Assembly (NCBI GenBank): GCA_003614675.1
Contig: ML002403.1
Location: 1 to 33,645 of the forward strand
From: Dimargaris cristalligena
Lineage: Eukaryota
DNA length: 33,645 nt
Reading direction: 5' to 3'
Shown in pieces: positions 32,846-33,645 of this stretch (positions within the stretch are counted from its first letter, which is position 1; every line of letters starts with the position of its first letter). Position numbers and translations under genes: made by a program. The notes beneath the pieces are model-generated. The model saw only the letters and a program-made list of their open reading frames with translations, searched no databases and had not been told where the DNA came from.

Positions 32846-33586
32846 TTAATAAATATACTAATCGGGGGAGTCGTTGTATTTCCATCTTTCCTTGGTATGA
32901 ACCAAAGCTTTTACGGATGCCGGAGTCTAAGTATGGGGTTGTGAGTGTACAGTGTTAGTTATTGAATAGCTTATCCAACGATGGGTTTACAGGGGGTCTT
33001 TATCTAACCAACTCGGCAACGCTATTTGGCCGTTTTAGTAGATCAGGGTCGCCTCCATTCATTTGCCAATGCCTTACTATATTCCTCTACGGCTAATTAT
33101 AGGATGTTGCATTTGCTGTTCGCTTTGTTTTAGTTTAAGGACTTCATTATCATTAATAGATGCCATCGACGTTTGTTATTGTACTGGTGATACATATTTC
33201 GCACAATAGACAAGTCCACAGTCTATAATAACCGAAAGTCATTATGCACATGTATATAGAAACATGACAGATAATAATTTTGATAGTAAAAATAGAATAA
33301 GCTAATTAGGGTCTGCTGGTGGGAAGGAATAAAAGAAGGAGAAAGATAGTGAAACAAATTTTCTTGTGAAAATTTTTCCTTTCTACTTTGGGGAAAGTAA
33401 TACTATCAGGGGTTTTTTTTCTTTCCCCTCTATTAATATAATAAGTTTTTTTAAAATGAATTATTAATAATAGATGCCTATACCCAATAACCCTACCACT
33501 TGGAAATGACAACTCCCTTATGGTAAACTTGCCACATTTTTTACCTACTTTTATTTTTTATCTATTTTTCGCACTTATTGGAAGTA

Positions 33587-33634
33587 TGCCCCTGACAAGT
33601 GAATGAGCCCCCCCTGCCCCTGCCCCTGACAAGT
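33587..33634. repeat. 14-bp direct repeat TGCCCCTGACAAGT x2 in the AT-rich terminal segment
   Basis: Copies at 33587-33600 and 33621-33634, with an extra TGCCCC unit between them. Confidence 0.8.
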
Positions 33635-33645
33635 CTGGTTATTTT

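Overview
Gene-dense eukaryotic genomic DNA from a fungus. Evidence: GC3-rich exons, short GT-AG introns with CTAAC branch points, and a fungal DASH-complex subunit. It also retains SMIM8, VAMP7, UBL3 and GPALPP1, which suggests an early-diverging lineage (possibly Zoopagomycota; this is inference only). By hand-splicing exons I reconstruct 21 gene models. These are SAH1, DAD3, DCN1-like, a minimal STN1-like OB protein, an RNase H1 paralogue, Mpv17/PMP22, NRK1, PRS5-like, MRPL20, a glutaredoxin-fold protein, a GNAT, SMIM8, a tandem SCP2 protein, ARG1, UBL3, centrin, MIC10, a DsbA/HCCA-isomerase-like protein, VAMP7, NudE and GPALPP1. I recognised no rRNA, tRNA, CRISPR array or intact transposon. 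Highlights: (i) an RNase H1 paralogue with intact splice sites and binding motifs that has lost three of four catalytic carboxylates and carries an in-frame TAA between its two domains; (ii) a stand-alone 118-aa protein, absent from the ORF track, resembling the N-terminal glutaredoxin-like domain of MDH1B/PPIL6; (iii) an OB-only STN1-like gene; (iv) a SMIM8-GNAT pair only 81 nt apart (candidate dicistronic unit); (v) a bacterial-type HCCA-isomerase-like gene; (vi) recurrent telobox-like AACCCTAA motifs, several near gene starts. All family assignments are from motif recognition by eye; no searches were run.
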